Shown: positions 38,801 to 49,192 of the stretch, piece after piece
Layout: each line of letters starts with the position of its first letter
Numbering within the stretch: the stretch's first letter is position 1
Origin: Planctomycetota bacterium
GTDB lineage: Bacteria > Planctomycetota > Phycisphaerae > UBA1845
Reading direction: 5' to 3'
NCBI GenBank assembly: GCA_024276605.1
Contig: JAJRWX010000098.1
Span: 11,113 to 75,112, forward strand
Length of the DNA: 64,000 nt
Translations under genes and position numbers: made by a program
Notes under the pieces: generated by a model
Told to the model about the DNA's origin: nothing
Seen by the model: only the letters and a program-made list of their open reading frames with translations
Database searches by the model: none

Positions 38801-40298
38801 AAATGCTGTAGATGTCCCGATGCCGGACGGTGAAGTACATACTGTGGCTTTGAAACGAAATGGTGAGCTTATCATCGTTGATGATAAAGGGCGGGAGCTT
38901 TCCCGTGACAAGATACCTTATGGTGGTGTCTTGAAAGCCAAAGAAGGTCAGATTGTTTCGCGCGGTGAGTTGTTGTGTGAGTGGGATGCTCATATGACTC
39001 CAATACTCGCGGAAGTCGGCGGTATTGTGCGGTTTCAGGATGTCGCCGAGGGTGAAACAGTGAGGGCTGAAGAAGAAGCGGGTAGTGAGAAATTCGTCGT
39101 CATTGAGCATAAGGGCGAGAAGCATCCGCAGATTATCATTGAGGATAAAAATGGCACTGTTCTAGACTACCATTACTTACCAGCCAAAGCACGTATCGAA
39201 GTCGTCGAAGGACAGGACATTTTACCGGGCATGGAGCTTGCCCGTCAGCCTCGCGGTATTGGTGGTACCCAAGACATCACGGGTGGTTTGCCACGTGTAA
39301 CGGAAGTGTTCGAAGCACGACGTCCTAAAGAGCCGGCGGTGATGGCGGAGATTTCCGGTGTCGTAGAGATTCGTCCGGATAGGCGCCGGGGTAAAATGAC
39401 CATTGCCGTCAAGAGCGAAGGTGGCATGGAGAAAGAGCACCATGTACCGCAAGACAAGCACTTACTTGTGCATACGGGCGATTTAATTGATGCCGGTGCT
39501 CCGCTTATTGACGGACCGCTCATCCCACATGACATCCTTCGCATCAAAGGTGAACAAGCCCTTCAAGAGTATTTATTAGGAGAGATACAGGCTGTATATC
39601 GTAGCCAAAACGTAACGATCAACGATAAGCACGTGGAAGTCATTATCAGCCAGATGTTGAGCAAGGTTAAAGTTGAAGAGCCGGGTGATTCCGTCTTCCT
39701 GCCGGGTGAAATGGTGGATAAATTCCGTTTCCGCAGTGAGAACGCAAAATTATCAAAAAGCTTGGTCATTAGTAATCCCGGCGATTCAGATTTACTACTC
39801 GAACAAGTTGTGCCAAAGTCAGAATTGGCTGAGGTGAATGAGGTTATGGATGAAGCCGGCGGCGAGCGAGCGAAGGGTAAAAAGCCAAAACCAGCCACGG
39901 GAACGACCATGTTGCTTGGTGTGACCAAAGCCAGCCTCAGTAGCGAGTCCTTTATTTCCTCGGCTTCCTTCCAGGAGACCACCAAGGTGCTTACCGAGGC
40001 GGCTCTAGGTGGATTTGTTGATGAGTTGCGAGGATTGAAAGAAAACGTCATACTTGGCCACTTGATACCTGCGGGTACCGGTTTCCCCGGTTACCAGCAT
40101 GTACGAGTTAAGCAGATTGGCGAGCCGTTACCGCTACCTTCCGAGGTGGCGGAGTTGTCTGCCGCTTCGTTTATGCCTGAAGAAGTTAGAGCCAGTTCCT
40201 CGCTTGATGCGTTGACGTCGATGGCTCCTTCGACTGGTGTGTCAATGCCTACAGCGGGAAGCGTGGCGGAGGCGGGTGAGCAATCACCCCAAATATAA
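35898..40298 (+). CDS. rpoC: RNA polymerase beta-prime subunit
   Basis: [37 protein letters not shown] 35898 preferred over GTG 35844. Confidence 0.99.
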
Positions 40299-40367
40299 GA
40301 GATTGTAAATAATGTTCACAAAGCGTGTTTGAAACGCTTGACTGTGGTTCGTAAATTGAGGTAACAG

Positions 40368-40757
40368 ATGCCAACAATTAATCAGCTTGTTCGCCAAGGT
40401 CGGCGTAAAGTAGTAAAGAAATCCAAAGTGCGCGATCTTGAGCGATGTCCACATCGGCAAGGTGTTTGCCTCCTTGTCAAAACGCAGACCCCTAAAAAAC
40501 CGAACTCAGCGCTTCGTAAAGTCGCCAGAGTACGCCTTACTAATGGTAAAGAGGTCAGCGCATACATTCCGGGTATCGACCACAACTTGCAGGAACACTC
40601 GATCGTGCTTATTCGCGGGGGCAGAGTTAGGGATTTGCCTGGCGTACGTTATCATATTATCCGAGGTACACTCGATAGTTCCGGTGTAGAAAATGACAAG
40701 GAAGGACATCCTCGTAATCGAAGTCGAAGTAAGTACGGCGTGAAGCGGCGTAAATAA
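40368..40757 (+). CDS. rpsL: 30S ribosomal protein S12
   Basis: [30 protein letters not shown]. Confidence 0.99.
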   Translation: MPTINQLVRQGRRKVVKKSKVRDLERCPHRQGVCLLVKTQTPKKPNSALRKVARVRLTNGKEVSAYIPGIDHNLQEHSIVLIRGGRVRDLPGVRYHIIRGTLDSSGVENDKEGHPRNRSRSKYGVKRRK

Positions 40758-40793
40758 CTGGGGTTGTCGCACAGTCGAAATGAATATGGCGAA

Positions 40794-41399
40794 ATGAATA
40801 TGGATAGTACACGTACAACACTATCTCGTGACATAGGCACTGGTGTGGCAGGGTTGTGCCATCTGCGTGCATCAGTTCGAGTTGGCGTGGCGTTAGCGGC
40901 TCTTTGCGTGGCTGCACAGGTTCGTATCCCCGTGCCGGGTTCTGAAGTACCTATGACGCTTCAATCGCTGGCGGTCTTGCTTGTTGGTTTTTTATTGACG
41001 CCTAAGCAGGCCGTATCTGCAACAGGTATTTATTTATTAGCCGGTGCCGTGGGCATGCCTGTTTTCGCTTCATCAGTAGGTCTTTTTGGTGCTACAGGTG
41101 GTTATCTCTTCGGATTTGTCGTAGCCGCCTGGCTCATCAGTATTTTGACCGGGCGTGGCCCGTCATCTACATGGAAGCTTTTGGCTGTTGGTGTGATGGG
41201 AACCGGTGTGATTTTTGTTTGTGGTGTGGCCTGGCGTGCATTAGGATTATCGCTATTGAAGGATGGGTTTGAAGTTGGTTGGGCTTTTGCCTTACAAACC
41301 GGTTTTTGGCCTTTCGCCGCGAAGTCAATTATACAGCTTCTTTTTGCGGTGACGTTGGTGAAATGTATGCAACATGAAGTTCACCGACGGGAAAGTTAA
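40794..41399 (+). CDS. bioY: Biotin ECF transporter S-component BioY
   Basis: IPVPGSEVPMTLQ, YLLAGAVGMPVFA, GATGGYLFGF signature; about 6 TM helices; start uncertain (40764, 40794 or 40800). Confidence 0.9.
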   Translation: MNMDSTRTTLSRDIGTGVAGLCHLRASVRVGVALAALCVAAQVRIPVPGSEVPMTLQSLAVLLVGFLLTPKQAVSATGIYLLAGAVGMPVFASSVGLFGATGGYLFGFVVAAWLISILTGRGPSSTWKLLAVGVMGTGVIFVCGVAWRALGLSLLKDGFEVGWAFALQTGFWPFAAKSIIQLLFAVTLVKCMQHEVHRRES

Positions 41400-41519
41400 A
41401 GACATAATCATTGCGGTTATATGCGCTGATTTGAATCAGATACGGGATTAAATAGTAGAAAGGCTGCGTATCATCATGACATGGTGGTTTCGCTTAGCCG
41501 AAGGAAAGTAATCGAAGCG

Positions 41520-41996
41520 ATGGCATACAAAAAATGGACGAAATCGGCAGAGCAATTGAAACCTGATACGCGGTATGATAGCCTGCTGGTATCCAAGTTT
41601 ATCAACTGCATCATGTGGGACGGCAAGAAGTCGGTTGCTACAGACCTTGTTTATAGTGCGTTGGATATCATTGAAAAACGTATCAAGGACGTACCTCCTC
41701 TCGAAGTTTTCGAGACCGCGTTAAACAATTGCAAGCCCAACGTGGAAGTTCGATCCAAACGCGTAGGCGGAAGCAACTATCAAGTGCCCATGCCCGTAAA
41801 CCGTTCCCGCCAACAAACCCTGGCCATTCGTTGGATCCGCGAGGCTGTCCGATCTAAGTCCGGTCGTTCCATCAAAATTTCCTTGGCACAGGAGCTTATG
41901 GACGCGTTCAAGAACGAAGGAGTTGCCGTAACGCAACGGGATAACGTGCACCGCATGGCCGAGGCCAATAAAGCGTTCTCGCACTTTGCGTGGTAG
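41520..41996 (+). CDS. rpsG: 30S ribosomal protein S7
   Basis: [34 protein letters not shown]. Confidence 0.98.
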   Translation: MAYKKWTKSAEQLKPDTRYDSLLVSKFINCIMWDGKKSVATDLVYSALDIIEKRIKDVPPLEVFETALNNCKPNVEVRSKRVGGSNYQVPMPVNRSRQQTLAIRWIREAVRSKSGRSIKISLAQELMDAFKNEGVAVTQRDNVHRMAEANKAFSHFAW

Positions 41997-42113
41997 TTCA
42001 CCTATAGAAGTGTTTCCGAGTCTAGCGCATGCCATCCAAGATGATGTAGTTTCGTCGATAGACTTCGAAAGAAATGTGTGCCCGGGATGTTATAGCTGAG
42101 TGGAGCTTGCTCC

Positions 42114-42150
42114 AGCCCATCTACCTAGACGGATGGGCTTGTTCTTTTTT
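42114..42150 (+). terminator. Intrinsic terminator-like hairpin between rpsG and fusA
   Basis: AGCCCATC-tacctagacg-GATGGGCT followed by TGTTCTTTTTT. Confidence 0.6.
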
Positions 42151-42200
42151 GTGGCGCTAAGGGCTAATCTACGAGAAGTTTTCAGGGAGCGTGACTGGTC

Positions 42201-44270
42201 ATGGAATCAGACCTGACGACTATCCGAAACATTGGCATCGCTGCACATATCGACGCAGGTAAAACGACAACCACCGAGCGTATTCTCTACTACACAGGCC
42301 AGGTCCATCGCATGGGCGAAGTGGATGAGGGCACGACAACCACAGACTTTGATACCCAGGAGCAACAGCGCGGTATCACTATTTTTTCCGCAGCCGTAAG
42401 CTGTCCTTGGCGCGGTCATACCATCAATCTTATTGATACCCCCGGCCACGTCGATTTTACAGCCGAGGTCGAACGATCTTTACGCGTTTTGGACGGCATG
42501 GTTGCCGTATTTGATGTCAAGGAGGGTGTGGAAGCCCAGTCTGAAACCGTTTGGCGACAGGCAGATCGGTACAAAGTGCCTCGCATATGTTTCATGAATA
42601 AAATGGATCGTATCGGTGCAGATTTTGATCGCGCTGTTGAATCCATTCGTACGCGTCTTGGCGTGCAAGTGTTAGTTTTGCAGGTACCCATCGGAGAAGG
42701 TCCGGATTTTGTCGGTCTGGTGGATCTTATCGAAATGAAAGCGCTTCGATTCGAACCCGAAGCCAAGGGCGCTAAAATCACCGAATCAGATATCCCAACT
42801 GAGATGAAATCACGGTGTGAGGATCTTCACCAACAGATTCTCGAAGCGGTTGCTGAAACCTCTGAGCTACGCATGGAGCAATTTCTTGCCGACGAGACCT
42901 TCTCTTCCGATGTCATACATCAGGCTATTAGGGAAGCTACGATCCGTCATGATGTAGTGCCAGTTCTATGTGGAAGCTCGCTGCGTTATATCGGCGTTCA
43001 ACGTATGCTCGATGCGGTGGTTCATTATCTGCCAAGTCCGTTGGATGTGCCCTCGGTGATAGCCAGTGACCCCAAAAGGGCTGATCTCACGCACACGCTT
43101 CAATGCGATTCCAAGGAAGCATTCGCTGGGTTGATATTCAAAATCGTAACGGAAAAACCCGTAGATCTTTACTATATCAGGATATATTCAGGCACGCTCA
43201 AGGCCAGTTCACGTGTGTTAAACAGTACGCTTGGCGTTAAGGAGAACATCACCCGTATCTTCAGGATGTTTGCCAAGCGTCGTGACCAACTTGATGAGGC
43301 CGTCGCTGGAGATATTGTAGCCATCGTAGGCCCGAAAATGGCACTTACAGGCCACACGCTGTCGGATCCACGCCGACCCGTATTACTTGAGTCGATCGAA
43401 TTCCCTGAAACCGTCATCAGCGTAGCCATTGAGCCGAAATCATCCAAAGATCGCGATAAACTCATGCAAGCGTTGTATTCTCTTACCCGGCAAGATCCAA
43501 CACTGGCGGTAACGGTGAATACGGAGACGGGACAAACGCTGCTGTCTGGGATGGGGGAACTCCATCTGGAAGTCATGGTTCAGCGTTTACGCAATGACCT
43601 CAACGTGGATGCCGCCGTAGGTAAGCCACGGGTGTCATATCGAGAAACAGTAAGCCAAGCGGCCTCCGGCATAGGGAAATTTGAGCGTAACATCGGCGGT
43701 CGAGATCATTTCGCCAGTCTTAAACTCAATCTCATGCACCAGCCTGCGGGGGAATTCGGAATTAGCGAGCGGGTGTCCTGGAAGGCTGATCAATCTGTTC
43801 TGCTACCCGAGTATATCAACGCCGTCGAACAAGGTGTGATGGATGCTTCTCAAAGTGGTATTTTAGGCGGATTTCCTGTTATCGATTGGCATGTTAATGT
43901 GGTGGATTATGTCAAAAATGACCAGACCAATTCGGAGCTGGCCTTCGAAAACGCAGCCCGTATAGCTTTTTATCATGCCATGGAGTTGGCCAGTCCCAAG
44001 CTCTTGCAGCCGATAATGGACGTGGAAGTGGTCACTTCGGATGAATATTTTGGGCAAATCATGGCTGATTTGAACGGGCGAGGGGCCGACGTGAAACAGA
44101 CTGAATTACGTGGCGATGATCGTGTAATTACCGCAGATGTCCCGTTATCTCAGATGTTTGGCTATGTGACCAGATTGCGCAGTTTATCCCAGGGACGGGC
44201 TACCTCGTCTATGACTCCCTCGCATTACGCCCCGGTTAGTGATATCGAAATGAAGGTACTTGTTGGCTAG
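42201..44270 (+). CDS. fusA: Elongation factor G (divergent)
   Basis: AHIDAGKTT, RGITI, DTPGHVDF, NKMD, GMGELHLE, five-domain length; domain IV tip loops non-canonical. Confidence 0.93.
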   Translation: MESDLTTIRNIGIAAHIDAGKTTTTERILYYTGQVHRMGEVDEGTTTTDFDTQEQQRGITIFSAAVSCPWRGHTINLIDTPGHVDFTAEVERSLRVLDGMVAVFDVKEGVEAQSETVWRQADRYKVPRICFMNKMDRIGADFDRAVESIRTRLGVQVLVLQVPIGEGPDFVGLVDLIEMKALRFEPEAKGAKITESDIPTEMKSRCEDLHQQILEAVAETSELRMEQFLADETFSSDVIHQAIREATIRHDVVPVLCGSSLRYIGVQRMLDAVVHYLPSPLDVPSVIASDPKRADLTHTLQCDSKEAFAGLIFKIVTEKPVDLYYIRIYSGTLKASSRVLNSTLGVKENITRIFRMFAKRRDQLDEAVAGDIVAIVGPKMALTGHTLSDPRRPVLLESIEFPETVISVAIEPKSSKDRDKLMQALYSLTRQDPTLAVTVNTETGQTLLSGMGELHLEVMVQRLRNDLNVDAAVGKPRVSYRETVSQAASGIGKFERNIGGRDHFASLKLNLMHQPAGEFGISERVSWKADQSVLLPEYINAVEQGVMDASQSGILGGFPVIDWHVNVVDYVKNDQTNSELAFENAARIAFYHAMELASPKLLQPIMDVEVVTSDEYFGQIMADLNGRGADVKQTELRGDDRVITADVPLSQMFGYVTRLRSLSQGRATSSMTPSHYAPVSDIEMKVLVG

Positions 44271-44500
44271 TCGCTATCCATGATTCGAGCCGAGTTATGG
44301 CAGAGAATCACCCCAAGGCCTTGATTGGCTACTTGGAATTTCGCTGTAATTCGCATAACGCATGGTAATCAGCGCCGGTATACGGCGACAGGAATCATTC
44401 CATGTGAGCTTGTGGCTACTCCGTTTTTACTGGAATTACAGCATTATTAGCCTACTTTATTCAGATTTTGCCGCGGATAAGAAAATTGGTACAATCCCCG

Positions 44501-44528
44501 TTGACAACTCTGTGCGTGCCCGTATGCT
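44501..44528 (+). promoter_or_regulatory. Sigma70-type promoter of the S10 operon
   Basis: TTGACA (44501-44506), 16 nt spacer, TATGCT (44523-44528), 78 nt upstream of rpsJ. Confidence 0.65.
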
Positions 44529-44606
44529 ATCCCGTCTGCCCATGTGGGGCTGTAGATAGTAAAAACATCGCGTTGGCCGTGTTGGCAAGGTGAAGGGTGA
44601 TGGTAG

Positions 44607-44918
44607 GTGAGTAGTAAAGCAAGAATTAGAATTCGCATGGAGGCTTACGATACGCGTGCGCTCGACGCAGCGGCGCGCGAAATCGTAGAGCAGGCGAAAC
44701 GAACGAGTGCCAAGGTGCACGGTCCGATTCCTTTGCCGACGCGCATCGAAAGATACACCGTGCTGCGTGGTCCGCATATTGACAAAAAATCGCGTGAACA
44801 GTTCGAGATGCGGACGCATAAACGTATCATCGATATTAGCGAACCGACTGCACGAACCGTCGAAGCGATCAATCGCATACAGGTGCCCGCAGGCGTTTTT
44901 GTGAAGATCAAAACGTAG
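44607..44918 (+). CDS. rpsJ: 30S ribosomal protein S10
   Basis: [30 protein letters not shown]. Confidence 0.98.
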   Translation: MSSKARIRIRMEAYDTRALDAAAREIVEQAKRTSAKVHGPIPLPTRIERYTVLRGPHIDKKSREQFEMRTHKRIIDISEPTARTVEAINRIQVPAGVFVKIKT

Positions 44919-45062
44919 GCGGGTTTTTCGTTAGGGCCATAGTGTTGACACTGGCCTGACGACTCAACCGCTTTTGATATTACTGCCGTGTGAGCTTAGT
45001 CGCACGGGTGATTCTAATGGCCGTCTCACGTAAAATCGTGAGCGATACAGAGGTAAGGGTCC

Positions 45063-45713
45063 ATGATTCCGGGGCTGCTGGGTACAAAGGTTGGCATGAC
45101 GCGCATCATCACCGAGCACGGTGCGATGCAGCCGGTTACTATTATTAAGGCCGGCCCTTGTGTCGTGTTGCAAGTAAAAACCAAGAAAATTGACGGCTAT
45201 GATGCGCTGCAACTTGGCTTTGGCGATCAAAAACCACACCGTGTAACTAAGCCGCTTATTGGACATGCTGCCAAGGCAAAAACAGGCCCAAAACGTTACA
45301 CCAGAGAATTTCGAATCAATGAATCTTCAGAACTATCAACCGGTGATGTAATCAATATCGATAGCATCGGAGGCGAAGATGTTGAGTACATAGATGTTTC
45401 CGGTGTGACGAAGGGCAAGGGGTTTGCCGGTGTCATGAAGCGTCATGGTTTTGGCGGTAAAGAAGCGAGTCATGGTGTTGAGCGAAAGCACCGATCCGCA
45501 GGTGGTATCGGGGGTAGTGCTGATGCGGGTACCGGTCGAGCGGTCAAGAAGGGGAAACGCATGGCCGGTCAAATGGGATTCGTCCGTTGTACTGCGCAGT
45601 CGTTGAAGGTATTAAAAGTAGATACCGAGCACGACTTGATGGTCGTATTGGGCAGCGTGCCCGGCCCTGCGGGTTCGTTAGTTGAGATTCGTCGAGCAAG
45701 GAAAAAAGGTTAG
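45063..45713 (+). CDS. rplC: 50S ribosomal protein L3
   Basis: G.KVGMT, DGYDALQ, KGKGFAGVMKRHGF, GSVPG. Confidence 0.98.
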   Translation: MIPGLLGTKVGMTRIITEHGAMQPVTIIKAGPCVVLQVKTKKIDGYDALQLGFGDQKPHRVTKPLIGHAAKAKTGPKRYTREFRINESSELSTGDVINIDSIGGEDVEYIDVSGVTKGKGFAGVMKRHGFGGKEASHGVERKHRSAGGIGGSADAGTGRAVKKGKRMAGQMGFVRCTAQSLKVLKVDTEHDLMVVLGSVPGPAGSLVEIRRARKKG

Positions 45714-45719
45714 TTTTTG

Positions 45720-46373
45720 ATGCTAGCTGTACCTGTATACAATATGAAGGGCGATAAAGTCGGGGAGACGCAGATTGATCCTGCGGTACTCGGCGATAAG
45801 GTTCGACCACTGCTCATCAAGCAGGCTATTGTCGCGTATTTAGAGCACAAAAGGCAATATAGCGCACGTACCAAGGGTCGCGCTGATGTCGACGGTTCGA
45901 CACGCAAGCTGTATCGCCAAAAGGGTACCGGTAATGCTCGAGCGGGTATGGCGCGAACGCCGATTCGCCGAGGTGGAGGTCGGGCATTTGCTACGCGCAT
46001 ACCTCGTCGTTCGCTCGTGTTACCCAAGAAAATGAGACGATTGGCCCGCGACAGTGCTTTACTGGCTAAAATTCGTGCCGATCGTGTTATGGTGGTGGAT
46101 GGATTGCAGTATGACCAACCCAAAACCAAAACATTGTCAGCTATGTTTTCAGCCATGGGCGCAGGCAAAGGTTGTGTTCTTGCCATGCACGAGGCGGATC
46201 GTAATGTCTTTTTGTCCGGACGTAATCTTCCAAATACGGATTTGAAGTTGGTTTCTGACGTGAATGCGTATGACGTATTGCGTCGAGACTGTGTAGTATT
46301 TACGAAGCAGGCTTTCGATGTTGTGTGTAATCCTTCGCAAGAGGTTGCGACGGATAGTTCCGAAAAGAACTAG
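45720..46373 (+). CDS. rplD: 50S ribosomal protein L4
   Basis: RQKGTGNARAG, RRGGGRAF, RNLP. Confidence 0.97.
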   Translation: MLAVPVYNMKGDKVGETQIDPAVLGDKVRPLLIKQAIVAYLEHKRQYSARTKGRADVDGSTRKLYRQKGTGNARAGMARTPIRRGGGRAFATRIPRRSLVLPKKMRRLARDSALLAKIRADRVMVVDGLQYDQPKTKTLSAMFSAMGAGKGCVLAMHEADRNVFLSGRNLPNTDLKLVSDVNAYDVLRRDCVVFTKQAFDVVCNPSQEVATDSSEKN

Positions 46374-46384
46374 GTTTATTAACC

Positions 46385-46696
46385 ATGAATGTGTATAAAG
46401 TAATAAGGCGACCGCTCGTCACTGAAAAAGGGACGCACCAATCGCTACAGTCGCACGCGGCTACAAGGTCACAGCCTGCGCGTGGCGGCGCTTATGCTTT
46501 TCAGGTTGATCCTGGTGCGACTAAGCCGCAAATAAAATTAGCGGTAGAAAAAATATACGGCGTTAAGGTATTGTCCGTGCGTACATGTAATCGTAAGGGC
46601 AAGCTGCGACGAGTGCGATATAAGACGGGTAAGACGCCTGATTGGAAAAAGGCTGTCGTGGTGCTTCGTTCGGATCACCATATTGACCTGTTCTAA
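46385..46696 (+). CDS. rplW: 50S ribosomal protein L23
   Basis: RPLVTEK, F.V...ATK.QIK.AVE..YGVKV, WKKA.V. Confidence 0.96.
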   Translation: MNVYKVIRRPLVTEKGTHQSLQSHAATRSQPARGGAYAFQVDPGATKPQIKLAVEKIYGVKVLSVRTCNRKGKLRRVRYKTGKTPDWKKAVVVLRSDHHIDLF

Positions 46697-46725
46697 CATG
46701 TAGTTTGGCGGATTGAGTAACAGCG

Positions 46726-47592
46726 ATGGGTATAAGGAAATATAAACCAACTTCGCCTGGGCGTCGTGCCTCTACGGTGAATGATTTTTCGGAGTTGACG
46801 AATAAAGGCAACAACCCCGAAAAGTCATTGTGCGAGCGCATTCGGAAAACAGGTGGGCGTAATCATCACGGTAAGATCACTGCTCGTGGTCGAGGAGGCG
46901 GTGCCCGTCGTATTTATCGTCGAATCGATTTTAAGCGTACCAAAGATGGTTTCGTGGGTAAGGTAAAATCCGTTGAGTATGATCCGAATCGCAGTTGTCA
47001 TATTGCGTTGATTGAATACGAAGATGGTGATAAGCGCTATATCTTGTCTCCGTTAGGACTAAAAGCTGGTGACGTGGTTGAAAGTGGCGCCGGAGCTGAG
47101 CCTAAAATCGGTAATGCCATGCCTTTGAAAAACATCCCTCCCGGTCTGGACGTTCACAACATTGAGTTGAACATTGGGCAAGGCGGAAAGCTAGTTCGAA
47201 CGGCTGGCGGCGTGGCTCGCCTGATGGCCAGAAATGACAAATGGGCTACCATTGTTTTGCCCTCTGGTGAGACACGTGAGGTTCGGGTTGAATGCCGTGC
47301 GACCATTGGTCAAATCGGCAATATAGACCATCAGAATTTAAGATGGGGTAAAGCTGGGCGTACACGTCACCGTGGTCGTCGTCCCCATGTGCGTGGTACG
47401 GCAAAAAACCCCGTAGCTCATCCGCTGGGTGGTGGTGAGGGGCGAAGTGGCGGTGGGCGACATCCTTGTAGCCCTACGGGCATTCTTGCCAAAGGAGGCA
47501 GAACCCGTTCTCCACAGAATGTTTCGAATAAACGAATTTTGCGTCGTAGAAAGAGCAAGCGGTACGGTCAACTACCGGCGGTCAATAAATAG
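46726..47592 (+). CDS. rplB: 50S ribosomal protein L2
   Basis: KPTSPGRR, EYDPNRS, NPVAHPLGGGEG. Confidence 0.99.
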   Translation: MGIRKYKPTSPGRRASTVNDFSELTNKGNNPEKSLCERIRKTGGRNHHGKITARGRGGGARRIYRRIDFKRTKDGFVGKVKSVEYDPNRSCHIALIEYEDGDKRYILSPLGLKAGDVVESGAGAEPKIGNAMPLKNIPPGLDVHNIELNIGQGGKLVRTAGGVARLMARNDKWATIVLPSGETREVRVECRATIGQIGNIDHQNLRWGKAGRTRHRGRRPHVRGTAKNPVAHPLGGGEGRSGGGRHPCSPTGILAKGGRTRSPQNVSNKRILRRRKSKRYGQLPAVNK

Positions 47593-47688
47593 ATAGCTTG
47601 GGTAACGATTGCACGCGACGTGTGACGTCGAACGGCAGTCCACGTTGTAGTTGTTAAACTACGACGGCTTATAGATAAGGGTTGAAGA

Positions 47689-47955
47689 ATGGCTCGTTCA
47701 CAAAAAAAAGGGCCTTTTGTCGAAGAGAAGCTTTTCAAGAAGGTGATGAACTTGAAGAGTAGCGGTTCGAATATGCCCATCAAGACTTGGTCGCGGCGGT
47801 GTACTATCGTACCGGAGTTTGTTGGCCATAAGTTTGAGGTACATAACGGAAGGCAGTTTTTCCAAGTGTACGTATCAGAGGATATGGTAGGGCATAAGCT
47901 GGGCGAATTCAGTCCCACGCGGACGTTTCGTGGACATGGCAAGGGTAAGAAATAG
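47689..47955 (+). CDS. rpsS: 30S ribosomal protein S19
   Basis: [26 protein letters not shown]. Confidence 0.99.
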   Translation: MARSQKKGPFVEEKLFKKVMNLKSSGSNMPIKTWSRRCTIVPEFVGHKFEVHNGRQFFQVYVSEDMVGHKLGEFSPTRTFRGHGKGKK

Positions 47956-48059
47956 CCATGCTAGTTTGCCGCACATGGTGCTGAGTTTGGGCGCTGAGGC
48001 GGTTGTTGGGTTATTTTGTGAGTGAACTTGGTTTTGGTTTGAAGCGGGTGTTATAAACC

Positions 48060-48401
48060 ATGGCAAAAGCAAGACAGTGGTCCGCACAACATAAATTTGC
48101 CCGTATCGGTCCGCGTAAGGCCCGGCTGGTTATAGACTTGATACGTGACATGCCGTGCGAAGAGGCGATTCATCAGCTTGAATTTAACTGTCGTCGAGCA
48201 GCGTGTATGATTCGAAATGTGCTTAAATCTGCTATGGTTAACGCAGACGAGCAGGAAGCAGATATGCGACGACTGAGAATTGTGGAAGCTCGCGTCGATG
48301 GTGGTCCGTACTATCGACGATGGCATCCGAAAGATCGAGGCCGTGCGCATCCAATCGCTAAGCGCACTAGCCACATTATTTTGACTGTCGCGGAGCGCTA
48401 G
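48060..48401 (+). CDS. rplV: 50S ribosomal protein L22
   Basis: PRKARLVIDLIR, GRA..I.KRTSHI. Confidence 0.97.
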   Translation: MAKARQWSAQHKFARIGPRKARLVIDLIRDMPCEEAIHQLEFNCRRAACMIRNVLKSAMVNADEQEADMRRLRIVEARVDGGPYYRRWHPKDRGRAHPIAKRTSHIILTVAER

Positions 48402-48440
48402 AGAGTGATGTTCCGTTTCGGGCATGAATAGGAGTTAATT

Positions 48441-49148
48441 GTGGGTCAAAAAGTCCATCCAACAGGATTTCGTATTGGCATCACCGAAGGGTGGCGCTCG
48501 CGCTGGTTTGCACCAAAGGCGGCCTACGCCGACTTCCTGATCGAGGACCAACGGATCCGTCGTTTTGTAGACGACCGGTTGAATCGTCGTCCCCCGTATG
48601 CGGCAGTGGCTAAGATTGAAATTGAACGAACCAGGGACGATGTGCGTGTCCTCTTGCACACCGCCCGTCCCGGATTAGTCATTGGCCCCCGAGGCGCTGA
48701 GGTAGACAAACTGAGAGAGTCACTTGAGGATTTAATTGATCGAAAGATCACCCTCAACATTATTGAAATTAAAGTTCCGGACGGAAATGCCAAACTTATC
48801 GCTGAGGCAGTGTCTGAGCAATTGAAAAAACGAGGTGCGTTCCGCCGGGTCATGAAAATGCGAGCCGAGGCGGCGATGGCAGCAGGCGCCAAAGGTGTAA
48901 AAATTGCCTGCTCCGGACGACTGGGTGGTGCGGAGATGGCCCGTCGTGAGAAGCAGATTCAAGGTTCCGTCCCTTTGCATACTTTGCAGGCGCATGTGGA
49001 TTACGGTGTAGCTACATGCCGTACAACTTACGGTACGATTGGTATCAAGGTGTGGATTAATCTTGGCCGGTATGGTGAAGAAGCCGTCTTGGAAGTAGAT
49101 GAAAATTCCCCCACGAATCGCGGCAGACGTCGTGGTAAGCGTGGCTAG
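48441..49148 (+). CDS. rpsC: 30S ribosomal protein S3
   Basis: MGQKVHPTGFR, SGRLGGAEMAR, TTYGTIGIKVW. Confidence 0.99.
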   Translation: MGQKVHPTGFRIGITEGWRSRWFAPKAAYADFLIEDQRIRRFVDDRLNRRPPYAAVAKIEIERTRDDVRVLLHTARPGLVIGPRGAEVDKLRESLEDLIDRKITLNIIEIKVPDGNAKLIAEAVSEQLKKRGAFRRVMKMRAEAAMAAGAKGVKIACSGRLGGAEMARREKQIQGSVPLHTLQAHVDYGVATCRTTYGTIGIKVWINLGRYGEEAVLEVDENSPTNRGRRRGKRG

Positions 49149-49192
49149 TTTGACAGTGGCGACGCAGTGAGCGTTGTTCGGAGAAGTCGGTC

